Made by a program: the position numbers and the translations under genes. Source: Bigelowiella natans CCMP2755 (Eukaryota; Protista; Cercozoa). Taken from it: a stretch of DNA of 64,000 nucleotides. Numbering within the stretch: the stretch's first letter is position 1; every line of letters starts with the position of its first letter. Location of the stretch: positions 1 to 64,000 of the forward strand of contig ADNK01001626.1 of the NCBI GenBank assembly GCA_000320545.1. Direction: 5' to 3'. The notes under the pieces were generated by a model. It was given only the letters and a program-made list of their open reading frames with translations. It searched no databases and was not told the DNA's origin. Below, one piece after another: positions 42,137 to 54,928 of this stretch.

Positions 42137-42958
42137 ATCGTGCACAGCATTCGATGTAATGAAATAAAATATTCTGATGTATCGTACAATTCGCTAGTCC
42201 ACATCACACATGTAAACATGCATGGATGGACGCGGCACAGATTCTATGTTTTGTCGACATGCACAATATATATGTGCAAGCATCTAGTTTGCACTCGTAG
42301 CGAAATTCACCACACGGTGCTTGCAGTCTTATTCGTCAACATGCATGTAGCCTGTTCTAGTGCTGCTCGTCCATCTAGATTTGTATATGTGGTGAAAGTA
42401 TGTTCATTAGGACAAGCATCATTTAGAAATATACGTCGTCCATATATCAGATTAAGGAGCTGTGGGTATAGCTATATGTATGTGCAGTTGCATGGCACAA
42501 CCAACTTTCGTCATTACTCTAGGATACTTATTGCTTTGCCGATACTTTGAGAATAAGCGCGAGCAGCATGTATGTGGACATTCTATGTTCACGAAGATTG
42601 TTTGATATCATATTGGTTATACTAAACCAACATTTAGATGGACAGAGATAAAGTTTTAACTCATTGCATTCCAATATATATCGAAAGAACAGTAGAATTT
42701 GCCGGCTTTCCAGCTTCGGCTAAAAAATGTCCTAATTTTGTTATAATTTTTCGTCTTTGTCGCCCGCGCATCCCCAAATGCATTTTGCACCCAATTCCAC
42801 TTGATTCAGCTAAAATTGGCTGCAGCTGAATTGTGCCAATATTTCTCTTGCTTTTGCAACAAGAGGATTATCTCTATGAAACGCTTTACCAGCCCTTGGT
42901 GAAACGCTTTTAAAAATACATTAGATTCAGAGTACAGCAGAGAGACTTAATAATTGAC

Positions 42959-44733
42959 TTACAATCTTAATGATCTTGCAGAAGCTGCACTTGGCCTTTT
43001 CCGACTGTATAATATATTGGTGTGAGTGAAGAATTTGTTTTACTCATTTGAGGCGCAACTGCTCTGGAGCTTATGCTTCCATAAAGACTACCTTGGTGTT
43101 TCAAAGTTTCTACTCGTCATGTTCGGATTGTACGTATTTGGTCTCTGTTACGAATAAGTGTTAGTTGCATTTCATCTAAAGGATGATCTATTCACCTCTA
43201 TTGTCGTAATAACGGGAATTCGACCGTCTGAAGTGCAGGTTCCACTTAAAGCAAATGCAATCAGGCGCGATCTTTTCTTCGGAGGATTTGAATTCACCCT
43301 GTCAAATAAAGGATCAATTTCTACATTATGCGATGCACAAGTAAATTTCTCACATTTTTCTTTTGCGAAGAATGGAGGGCCTAGTAGCTGTTGCTCCGAA
43401 AAGTCCATTCGAGATTCGAGAAATGTACTCTCTAGAAGATCATCGTAATGGAAGGGTCAGACTTAATTGAGACAATTTGCTGGAAGATAACAAAAGTGGA
43501 GTAAACTAGCTATGGAACACCTGTTGTTGCTAGGATAGAAACCTTCTGCGGCAAGAGATCGTCTGGACCCTCCCTGAAACAGCATGCAACGTAACGGCAC
43601 CATTTTATTTCTGTAGTGTGGGGAGTGGCTTACTTCGCGGACACCATTATTCCTCGATAATGTGATCTTGTTGAAGTCCAGCTTTCTTACAGGTTTCCTG
43701 ACTTTGCGTCGAGGTGGTCTTCCACGTTTAGCAGCTAATTTACCTTTTGCACCCTTATCACCATGCTTGCTCAGCAACCTTTTCAGAGTTGAATTCCAGC
43801 GATTCTTGATTGCATTATCCGTCCTGCCGTTTGTTCAATAATTTAGAACACATTGTTTTGGTAGAATCTAACTAAAGTACCTTCCGGGCAATCGTTTCGC
43901 AATCTCAGCCCACTTATTCCCGAGTTCCTGGTGAGCTTGGATGATAACCTCATCCTCTGCCTCAGTCCATGAAGCTTTGCAGATTGCTGGATTCAGATGA
44001 TTGTACCATCTGAGCAGCAAAACATGGATTCACCGTGTTTACCTGTCAATTTCAACTTGAATATTACCTTTCTCGACATTGTTTGCCAAGCCTTCCTCCA
44101 ACATGTTGCGCGATCAAAGACCATTTTTTCACGCCATACTTTTGGACCATCGCAATGACGAGCACATCCTCCTAATAAGTTATTCGTCAGTGGATCAGAT
44201 CGCGAATGATTGCTTGCAAATATTCGAACACCTCTGTTGTCCAGGGCCCTTTCACAAGTCCAGGACGCAACACCTTCTGCCAGCGATGTAGGCATTGAAC
44301 GTCTGTCTTTCTCCCTTGGAAACCTGCCTCCGCAATTTGCTTCCAGTTTCTCCCATCGAATAACTCGACAGCTCTTCGCAATCGCGCATCCTATGTATAG
44401 GCGAGAGACAGAATTGTGATTTAGCGTCTTTAAATATTATCATGTATATGAATCGTTATGGAACCAAATAAAAACGCCATGAAGCTATTCCCTCGTACCT
44501 CCTCTGCCGTCCAGCGGCCGCGAAAACGTTTAGTTTTTTTCTTCCTCGAATCCTGCGATTTGTTCATGCCAACGGTGTTCAGGAGTCACAGGGAGAAGCA
44601 GCGAGGGCACGGGTAATGCAGTTTCTAAGGTTGGGTTGCGTCTTTTATTGGGGTGGGCGGGTTGTTCCAGCAGTCGCCAAGGCCCTAACTCTTTTACGAC
44701 AACCCGCGCTTTCATCAGTCACTCTCTTACCAT
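42959..44733 (-). CDS. MYB3R: Three-repeat (R1R2R3) MYB transcription factor
   Basis: R1 GRWTAEEDARL..TDVQCLHRWQKVL, R2 VKGPWTTEED..GRLGKQCRERWYNHLNP, R3 [36 protein letters not shown]; probable C-terminus SARSLRL-stop; start at ATG 44733 followed by an intron, or at ATG ~44568. Confidence 0.95.
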
Positions 44734-45862
44734 GTTTCAGCCTTATTTCTACGATTTGTACGACACAAAAAATGTAGTTGCCGTTAATTATGTAATATAT
44801 TATCTAATTGGGTCAGGTCGTTTAATATTTTCGAAGATACGATTTATATTCCTTTTAAATCTACGGAGAGGTTTAGATTTGAAGGCATTCAACTTGACCC
44901 CCTTTTTGCAGAAATACTTGTTCTAAAAAGAAGATGCACTTTGTTCCAAAGGAATCTAAATTGGCTGCAAATAGATTTAAAAAACTTGATAATATATTTA
45001 ATACGGTCAAATATGAATTGAAATTAAGGTAATATTTCAACATTTTTTTCTTTGATAATCTTTTACATTTAATTTTAGGAATATTCAAAATGGATGGGAT
45101 TTCGTTCATAAATCTGCTAGGACATTGTATTGCGTCTCTTTCCCTCGCGGACAAACCTCTCAGCCTTTCAATCTAATACCGGCTATCTGTGTAGACTTTC
45201 AGACTCCCAAATCACTACATGTGCAGAATGATCTTGATTTTTGTACATGATATCTGCATAATTGCTTGGAAACTTCAGATAATTGAAGCAATTTCGTCTT
45301 TGAAAATATATTGAAATCCGGGATTCCTGTTATTACTGTATATCCCCATTTTCGATGTTGCTCTGAAAACAGAGCATTTAAACCAAATTATGCAACTTAA
45401 TCTTCAAGTTTTCGACCGAACATCGACTGCGAATGTACTAAATTTCTTACAGAAATTGTCTCATATCCCGATATTCTAATTTTTTATCCCCAGTAGTATT
45501 CATTGAGTTTTAGCCATCGATTTGGATTAAGACTGGAAGTTGGAGCTTCAATCTAGCGTATGGATTTTCATGCGTCCATAGCTGTTGATTGGAGACAATT
45601 TTGAACGCGCAAAATAAAGTTTTAAAAATAAATATCGTGACCTGTCTCAAAGCATAGAGTTCAGAACCTCGATCATTAGGTAACTCTCCCTCCTCGTGGA
45701 GCTCGCACGTGTTTCCAGTGCTAATGGTGTCTACAGGATTAGATTTCCCATTCAAAATGTAGAATAAATTTGATTCGAAGGGGGTTAATCTTCTTTTCGG
45801 AATGTTGGGTGTAGATCCGATCTATTCCTCGAAAACAACGTGTTTGTGTTCACAGGCTAGCA

Positions 45863-46862
45863 ATGAAGAAAAGAAGTGGTTCGAAAGTGTCTATCGTGAA
45901 GAGGAGGAGAGAGGCAGAGCAACTTCTAATGAACGCGGTACAACCTGATATTTTAAAAGCGCATACAATAGTCAAAATTTGATGTATGTGGAATGACTAC
46001 TGAAGGTAAAGCAAGGAAAAGCCAATTTCCTTGAGAAAGACCTTCCAACGGACTGGCGTCCAACTCCCCCCATGCCACCATCTATGATAAAAATGGTAAT
46101 GGCGAGTATTTGTGGGTATCGTTTCCCAATTGTCCTGAGGCAGTACGTACGGTGTAATAATAATCATAAAAGGTACTCTGGGATATGGATCGCACTCTGC
46201 TGAAAACACACACGAGGGGCCTATGGAAAGATGATATTGCAAAACTAGCCGAAGAAGTCACACGAGCTTTCAAAATTGTGGTAAAATCTTGCACTCGTTT
46301 ATGTGAAGAATGACAGCTTAAGTGCTCGTGTCAGGTTCCTCATTTATTACATCAAAAGTTTTCTGTGGGAATTGTCACGTTCTCTGATAAGCTACGTGTC
46401 AAAAGCGGAAAGGAAGGCATTGCTGGAGAAGATTTAGTCGGGGATCTAATTCTTGAAACATTCTCTGACTTGTACTCAAAAGTACGAAAGTTGAAAGACA
46501 ACAAAGATTACGCGCGCAAGAATGCGGAGCACATTCGAGACCAGCTCTACATAGCAGCTGCGCTACCAAAGCTTCGCAACCGTCAAGAGAATAAGGGGGC
46601 TGAAATGCCGAATTCGAAAAGTTGGCATATAGATCAAGTGATCAAAGAATACAAGGAAAGAACAGGGTCGACGCTTTCCTATGACGAAATAATGTTATTT
46701 GACGATACCCTTGAAAATGTTGAAGCTGCATTGAAGTCTGGGGTTCATGCATTTGCAGTTCTACCAAAAAGTGCCTTCACTAGCTCGTGCTGGGAGGTCG
46801 CGTTAGAAGCGATAGTATCACCGAATAGCACCAAATCAAGATTGGCCGGTAGAGAGAGATAA
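45863..46862 (+). CDS. HAD-superfamily hydrolase/phosphatase
   Basis: Motif I MIKM|VLWDMDRTLLKTHTRG (DxDxT), motif II GIVTFSD, Lys in KSWH, motif IV IMLFDDTLENVEAA. Confidence 0.85.
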
Positions 46863-47137
46863 TATTTACTTCGAGGATCTGGCTAGCCGTGATTCATCAT
46901 TTGGTTTTGTAGTGATACAGAACATTTATTTGCATGCATGATCTTCCAGATGATTTAGAACATAAACATGTCTAGATGTGCGTGCAGCAATCTCATAGTG
47001 CTAGAAGAAGATTAGCAGTTGTTAAGATGAGCTATATGTGCACATATATGTATGAGACGGATGTAATGAATGGATTATTTTTTTTCAATTGTCATCCTAA
47101 TGTAGCTGTGCAAAGCTGCGGCTACAGCACTTAAATT

Positions 47138-47173
<36 letters not shown>

Positions 47174-47956
47174 TTACACATATGAAGGACATTATAGTGT
47201 TATTCGGCCCATCTGCTATTGTGGCAATATGTTACTTAAATATGCCCTCAAATGTTAGCACCATCTAGCCATATACAGGCTGCCACCAGAGCTTGCACTA
47301 ATAATATATTACATACATGAGTGCAGGGTGTCGTGAACCTATGGACTTGCCATCCACCACTTATCGAAGGGTGGTGGCAGTATCATTACGCTATGATAAT
47401 TAGGTTGTGGGCACTTGCGCTATGATACCGATATGCGAGCGCAATCTAGCAATATGTCGCGTGTGTATGCGCAGTCAGTCATCATCGTATATGCGTATGT
47501 GTCGCGCAGCATTTGCAAAGTGCGTGCAATGTCTAGTCATTGGTAAACGAATCGCACAAGCTAGTGCTATAGATGGCATCGTATATGGGACCCTATAGGT
47601 CCTATATTCGTATAACCGTGTTGCATTGCGCATATATCAACCAAAGCAAAAGCGCCGTGTGTGGGAATTAATAAGGCGAATCGTCAAAAGCCAACTACTA
47701 CACGGCCTAGCTCCTGCTTGTGAAATAACATCCAGATATACAGCTTTTTGCATGAAATAGCACGAGACAAGCTGAATAGATAGGTCCGGATTTTTATGTG
47801 TATGTAGGCAAATTGTGCAAATAAGCATCTCAGTCGTTTTCCATGTGCGCATCATTACATTAGGATATCTAGGTATACATCCACTAATATGGCCACATGC
47901 TCTAATCAGCAACATTCTACATACTCCAGCTCGGTATTACTGCTTTTGTCCTTATT

Positions 47957-48688
47957 CTAATCATAGTCCTCTTCGTCGTCGTCGTCGTCATCGTCAAGTT
48001 CCGATGAGACTTGTCGCTTCACGATGGCGCCGTCCTTCATTGGAAGCTCTACAGCTGACACTGGGACTGGCCATGTACCACCTGTGGAAATGTTTAGCGA
48101 CTAATTAATTAAGAAAAAAATAGGTATCTCTACGACTTTAAATAAATGGAAAAACAGATCTTGCTCTCTCCTAAGTGCGAATCGTTGCAACGCTGCTACT
48201 GCTGCCGTGTTCATATTTTCCCCCGAAAATTCTTAAATGAAGTCGTACTTATAACGCCAGCTTGTATGGCGACACCCATTGTTACGGCTAGCTCAGGGTC
48301 CACGCGTGTGTCCAATTCCTGATAAAAGCAAAAGAAAGTACGACAGCAAGATTCCTCATAAATTGGAGGTCTCACCCTATCGCATCCTATATTGGCTGCT
48401 CTCGCAGCACCACCACTTCAACGGAAATATGACTCTCATGACCGACAAAGCAATCTCGAAGAGAAGATGAAGAAAATCAATCGTGCCATTAGTAAGTAAG
48501 ACCTTGCCACCGAAGTGCTCTGATATCAGTTCGCGTACCCTTCAATTTGACAATGTCGCCGTTCATTATGTTGTGTTGGGATGATCGTAATATGCAGCAA
48601 CACAGAGAACACAGAGCTATTCTCTTCAAGATGTTTGCAGGTAAAATAATAGTTCAGCTACCAACCAATCCTCCTTCATTCATAAGGC

Positions 48689-48723
<35 letters not shown>

Positions 48724-50266
48724 CCATCGTTTACCTTGGCACACGAGTTGAACCCCCCACAAGGACTATCGAGTCGATATCCGGCCTTGTTACCGAAGCC
48801 ATCTCCAAAGCAGCATCCACAGGGACAAGAACCTTTCCGTAGACGACAACACCAATGCTATCATCATCATCATCATCACCGCTGCTATTATTACTAGGAA
48901 AAAAAATCTCCTTCACAGCTGCGGTTGAATGAATGAATAAATAGATAAAACTAGTTGCAAAGTTGGAGATGTGGAGATTGGTACAATCACCTTCTTAAAC
49001 AACTCCTTGTTGACGTCCTCAAACTCCTCTATGTAGTGGCAGCAATGTCCACACACACATACACACACACAGAGAGAGACAGAGAGAGAGATAGAGAGAG
49101 AGATAGAGAGGATCACGATTTAACATGTGTTTAAAAAGTTACATATTCGCAACAAGGGTGCTGAGTGATGATGCTGTCCTGTGTGAATGTTCGCACCGCG
49201 AGTGATGATAAGCTGAGCAACGTTCTCTCCGTCGCCAAGCTTTCGCATGGATATCTGGAAGGGGGGAAGGGGGGAGGAGGATGAAGTTGAGAGGTCCCAT
49301 TGTAGCGCTGGCCCCTGGAATCGCAGGTATGCATATACCCCACTCGCTCGGACACCCCCCCCCCCCCCCCCCCCTCCCCCCGGTATAAACTGCAACCTGT
49401 GACTCTTTCTTGACGCTGAGCTCGATCTTTATCCGCTCGCACTCCTCCGTGAGCTGATTGAGAAGGAATTGGGAGATTTACTGGACGTTGACTTAATTTC
49501 GTTATACAATACATATGTTGTTGTTGCGGCACGATTCCAACACGACACAAATGATAAAGCTGCTACCCTCTGAATATCTCCGGGTTCAACAAGATCCATC
49601 CTGAAGAATATGTATGCATACAAACAAGATATGCAGCAAACGTCTCAGCAGAAGCGATCAGGTTAGTTTTGCTGCGCTATTATCCACACAGCGAGGAAAG
49701 CTTCGGCTGAGATTTTAAATCGCTAATAGCGCCATATCATCTTCTAGCCCTGTATAGCAATTGCGCAACTCTCCGCGTACCCATGTTCCTTATGAAGTCT
49801 TGCTGAAAGATGACGCCTTAATCGCCGATTGAAATCCTGACCTCCAAGTCTATTATCTCCTGGAATGAAAGTGTGTGTGTGTGTGTGTGTGTGAGGGGGG
49901 GGGGGGGGGTATTGTGTCCGATCGAGTGGGATAGATGCATACCTGCCATTCCAAGTACCCAAAACATCCCATTTCGCTTGCGCAGAAGCGATACGTCGAG
50001 CGTCCCCCCCCCCAGATCCACCACCATAACTAACGATGTTCCTAGCAACGTGGTGATGGAGATGAGAACGTTTAGCCATTGAAAGATATGACGGAGTTAA
50101 GGTGTAGGGTGATGATGATGGCTATTCAATGATGGTGATGATGATGATGACGACAATGATGATGATAATGATGATGATGATGATGATGATGATATTGACG
50201 ACAATGATGATGATAATGACGACAATGATGATGATGATGACGACAATGATGATGATGATGACGACA

Positions 50267-50301
<35 letters not shown>

Positions 50302-52050
50302 CTCGGAATACCAGCTTCCTTGTCCACTCCGTAGGCAAGGGCTGCTGCCGTCGGCTGATGATCAAGATGAAGGGGATGTTATGCGAAGGAGCGACAACAC
50401 CAGAAAGAAGATAGAGGAGGAGACTGATCATTATTATTGCGCGGAGGATCATAGCTAACTCGTAGAAATGGCCATTCACAATCGTCTTTTTCATTCCTTC
50501 ATTTACTTCTCAACTCCGCAATTTACTTCGCCATCTCCCGACTACATCTTCGCATCACAAGCAATATATCTTCTTCTACCGTATTCACCTACCTCACTAA
50601 CGATTCTCACCACGTGCAAGCCAGCGATTTCAGCAGCCCAGCTCGTAGCATTGCGCTGACTCGACCCGAAATCCGCGGGCACAGATATGACGGTCCTCTT
50701 CACCACTACCTGCACACACCAGTAAGTAGGATAAGCAATCAACCTCCTCGAAGTATTGTGATTTTGTCTCCTAGATTCCTGCATCTCTCTTGTCATCTCT
50801 CTCTTTCTCTCCTCCTCCTCCTCCTCATGTCCTTCCTCCTCAATGTAATCATCATCATCATCATCATCGTCGTCGTCATCACTACCGGCTGCATACTCGT
50901 GGACAGCTCTTCTTCAGCAGTTTCCCTGTGGGTTATGATGTGCAGAGGTTGGAGGAGGGGGGGGGGGGGGGGGGGGGAGAGAACAAGGAGAGGGAGAGAA
51001 TCAAAACTCATAAAAGACAGAGAAAGAAATCGAAGACATACGAAAGCAACACGTTCGTCGCTCGTCATTGCAAACAATAACAACAGTAACAACAGCAAGT
51101 GTAGGAATAGATCATAGAGGCATGCTGGTGCACGAGTATGAACGATGGAAGTGGTATACTTCAGCCTCTTGATGATGATAGCCCCTACTTCCTCAGGAGA
51201 TATGTATGTTAAAGAAGAAGAAGAAGAAGAAGAAGAAGAAGAAGAAGCAATGGATTTTCCTTCCTCATTTCTCTTTTCTTCTTCTTGTTCTTCGGGAGAC
51301 AACGGCGTGCCGTATGGAGTGGTTTCCGCATGCTCAACAGCAAAATGCACCGAGCCGTTGGATCTGAAAGAAGACAACGAAGAAATTAAGATGAAGAAGC
51401 TGTACCAGTGAGGAGGAATCAGAAAGGTTTGCAGCTACTAGGTGAACCACTCACAACGAGACAGAGTAGAGGGAGGAGTTTCTGCAGCAAATATTAGCAC
51501 CTTCGAAAGAGTCGGAACGGATAGATTACTTGAAGATCGACCACTTCTTCCTCACTAAACGTCTTTCCTATAAATCTATTTCACGAAACCGCAAGGAACA
51601 GCAGGAAGATATAAATAAATAATATACCATATGCTCCGTGCAAGCACAATGAGAGATTGCTGGTCATTGTTTTCTTTATTTGTCTGTGTAGGGGAGGGAG
51701 AAGAGGCACCGCTTGGCATCGTAGAGAGTATTGTGGGGATTGACTTCGGCCTGTCGCCTGGCTTCCCGCCCAACAAGAATACCCTTATAATATTCAGAAG
51801 AATCATCATCCAAGTGTGTGCGCGTGAGTGTTCAATACGTAACTTTTGTAACTTTTATACTAATTCGCACCGGACTGAAATTCTCTGTCGTTTACAGAAA
51901 TCTCATGAACTCTCACGTGCTGACTATACATCTAAAGGAGACGGGTAGTACCTGAGGAGTGAAGGCTATTATAGATGGTATCGTTGTCTTGTTTTCCTCC
52001 GGCCTGAACACTATCCTTTCGCCTGTTCCAGCTGAAGGTAAATAGCGACG

Positions 52051-52090
<40 letters not shown>

Positions 52091-52720
52091 TGTAGTTGAA
52101 CCTGCGTATGTAACACTGTTGTTGTCTCAAAATTTAATAATATGAAAGCATCTGCGGTACCTTGGAACACTCCCACACACGAGAAAGTAGTACCCAAATC
52201 AATTCCTGACCAGAAAGCATAGCGACGTTTTAATTTCACAATAAGATACTTTCTCAAAATAACGAAGAATTGCTGAAAGCTCATATTTCATCTGCCGGTT
52301 TGTTTACTAAACATTTGTTGTGGGTAGCTTCTCTCTAGTGACATAATCAGATGCATATAAAAGACAATACCGATAATGCTTGGCTTTGGTGGGGGAAGGT
52401 GTTTCTGTCCATAATAACCTATAATTGAATTAGTACAGCCCCTCTAAGTAAATACCCAGATTAATAATTTCACAGAACTCGGTCACGTTCACGGCACTAC
52501 GATGCTTCGAAATGGGCTTTCAAGATGGTTGTGAGAGCATGCAAGTTTGAGTATTTGCAAAAAGATTTGTGAGTAAGGTGATGAAATTCTCACCCCAAAT
52601 GAAAGATGCGAAAAGACCGACGAAGAAGACGGTGAGCATCTGTTCCTGCCTGACAAAAAAATGCCGATTCATTAAGTCCTCCGTCCCCTCCCACATCTGT
52701 GTTATATTTTTTTACTTCAT
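47957..52720 (-). CDS. HSPA13: Microsomal Hsp70 ATPase lacking a substrate-binding domain (HSPA13/STCH-like)
   Basis: Hydrophobic leader then GYYGQKHLPPPKPSIIGIDLGTTFSC; TIPSIIAF; VISVPADF..QRNAT; VVDLGGGTLDVSLL; GDNRLGGQDFN; VLVGGSTRVP; ends QAGVISGTWPVPVSAVELP plus an acidic tail, the HSPA13-type terminus; start at 52720 or 52639. Confidence 0.88.
50110..50300. repeat. Compound (GAT/GAC/AAT)n intronic tract with a 21-bp higher-order unit
   Basis: GACGACAATGATGATGAT(GAT/AAT) repeated about 4 times in tandem at ~50197-50280. Confidence 0.85.
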
Positions 52721-53263
52721 GGTTTGCGAGGGCCTTTCCCTAGGTCAGAAGGGGCGACTCTCAAATATATACCTTCTCTGTTTTTGCAATGTAAACCTAT
52801 CTCTTTCGTAGAAGTCGCAGGAGGAGAGTGGAGGGGGGATAGGAGGTCAACTTCAGGTCACTTATGCAATATGTTTTTTGTGCTCAATGTTAAATATGAA
52901 TTCCACCCAAGATCGACGTCGTCAATCAGGAAGGCTTGGTTGATTCGTTCTCGCACGTAGGATTATTCTTCTTTCCCGGTGTTCATTTCTTTTTATTTCA
53001 TCGCCTGCAGGGAGCCATCCTTCTGCTCGGTTGTGGAAGCCCGGGCTACGTCAGCAGCCCGGTTGAACAAAATTACCGACGAATATCGTGTTACGTCAAC
53101 AAGAATTTCATTGACGCATCTTTAATTAGGTCCAAGATAGTCTCTAAGAATCTCTAAATCTCGAAGATATTTCCATGTTTGAATCCCGATTACTGCCGGG
53201 ATTTCTGAGGATCTGGCAACAGAACTAAAGGCTCTGCTCTCCTCCCCCGCGCCCCTGCCTGTC

Positions 53264-54235
53264 ATGTCCGGCTGGCGCTTAAAGATCCACCGCAAACGCC
53301 CTCCTAAAGGTTTCTTCCTAGATATTGAAAATTATAGGTGTCTTCATTAGCCTTAGCGCACGATAAGCTACGATGGCGGCGAAAATGAATTCACTGCTAC
53401 ATTGTGCGTGGGGAAAGCTGCGGCTTCTTCTCCAGCTTTTCGAGCTCATGGCGTCTTTCCCCAAGGCCCTTTTTTAATTTCCGGTTATTTAATGATATGA
53501 AATTACTATGCAGGGTTTGATCTGGTAGAAGATGCACTCGATGCTTTTGATGAGAAGATGAAAGAGGCGGTGGAAGCTAGCCACGAAGGATTGCGCAAGA
53601 ACGAAACAACTTGGCCAATCATCAAGTATCACTGGCTGCGAAATCGCTACATCTACGAGAGTTACTACAAGAAGAAGAGGATTTCGAGGGAATTGTTTGA
53701 CTGGCTAGTCCGAAATAAGGTCAGTTGCTTGGCACTACAGAAAATACAAAGGCGCTCCAACTTAGGAAAATTTAAAGGAATCAAAGAAAAGAATTGTTCT
53801 CTCATTTGTTTTTACCATATAACCTAGGTGGCTGATGGTCCTCTGATCGCCAAGTGGAAGAAAAAGGGCTACGAGTTCCTCTGCTCTCTTCTCGCCATAG
53901 ACAAGTCTGCCTCCAACTTCGGGACTACGAGTATATGCCGCGTACCTCTGTCGAAAAGGGCCCAAGAGCAGCAGGTACTGCCTGCAGTCAGCATCGGTTG
54001 CGTCAGCTGTGCATCGTGCGACAAAGGAGCACCTATTTGGTGGGATGGTCCATTCAAGCGCTCGGATCTCCTGTTCTCCGATGAGGAGGAATCGGATGAG
54101 GACGAGGACGAAGATGAGGAAAAAAAAGGCGGAGATGAAGAAACAGAGGACGCGAAACAAGGGACAAAGCGTGATGGGGAAGACAAAGAGGCTGATGACG
54201 AAGAAAAACCACCTTCAAAGAAGCAGAAATCATGA
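53264..54235 (+). CDS. BUD31: BUD31/G10 spliceosomal protein homolog, divergent, with acidic/basic C-terminal extension; 3 exons
   Basis: KRPPK|GFDLVEDAL..HEGLRKNETTWPI..RNRYIY..ISRELFDWL..|ADGPLIAKWKKKGYEFLC..NFGTTSICRVP. Confidence 0.92.
53350..53467 (+). ncRNA. Candidate structured intronic RNA (three-way junction) in BUD31 intron 1
   Basis: Nested complementary stems GCCTT/AAGGC, GCGCACGAT/ATTGTGCGT and GGGGAAAG/CTTTCCCC; no family recognised. Confidence 0.4.
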
Positions 54236-54928
54236 AGATGAGTGTGCGAAGGTTACATTATTATAAATAATGCAGCACATGACTGTTCAGTGTCAATTAT
54301 TATTACAGCATACATTGCAAGATATGCACGCACATTATAGTGCAATAAGGTTGGCATTAATCACAAGCAGTTAAGATCTAGATATGATTGGTATCACAGC
54401 ACTTTATCAGCTTTTTGTTATACTCTATCGTAATTAAGTAGCGCAGCGCAGATGTCGTTGCAAGCATTGCTTGGCGTATCTATCTAGATATAGCTGATCT
54501 TTCCCACGAGACATGCTAGCATGAATGCATGACGTATGACTAGATGTGGACAATGCGAATTGCCAGCTACATTAATCATCATAGACACAGCTAGACAGTA
54601 GCATGGCGAGCTAGCGAGCTCTGCTAGTCTGCTCTATAGTGCTAGCTAGCGCTAGCTAACTAGGCTAGCTAGGCTAGCGTAGGCCTCGCTAGCTTGCAAC
54701 AAATGCTACCATCGGCTCAGAATGACAATCAATACTGAACGGTCGCTACTATGATGCTCTATAGCACTAGCTAGCACATGCGAACAGCACGCTCAGCATG
54801 CTACTTGCGACCTGTATGTACTACGTGCACTATCCAGCACGATAGCAGCATGCATCTAGCTAGTACTAGAGCAGACACATATATACTTGTTATAGCTATG
54901 TATGCAGACAGAATAAATAATTGCTCCG

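Noticed and set aside
45150-45780. Possible small minus-strand gene upstream of MYB (ORF 45510-45755)
   Set aside because: Splice-like signals but no convincing start or protein; may be UTR exons
47348-47380. Hairpin TGCCATCCACC..GGTGGTGGCA as a Helitron 3' end
   Set aside because: No properly spaced CTRR terminus and no second copy in the window
20582-52720. SEC63 and HSPA13 as an ER-translocation cluster
   Set aside because: About 25 kb apart with six unrelated genes between them; chance is sufficient
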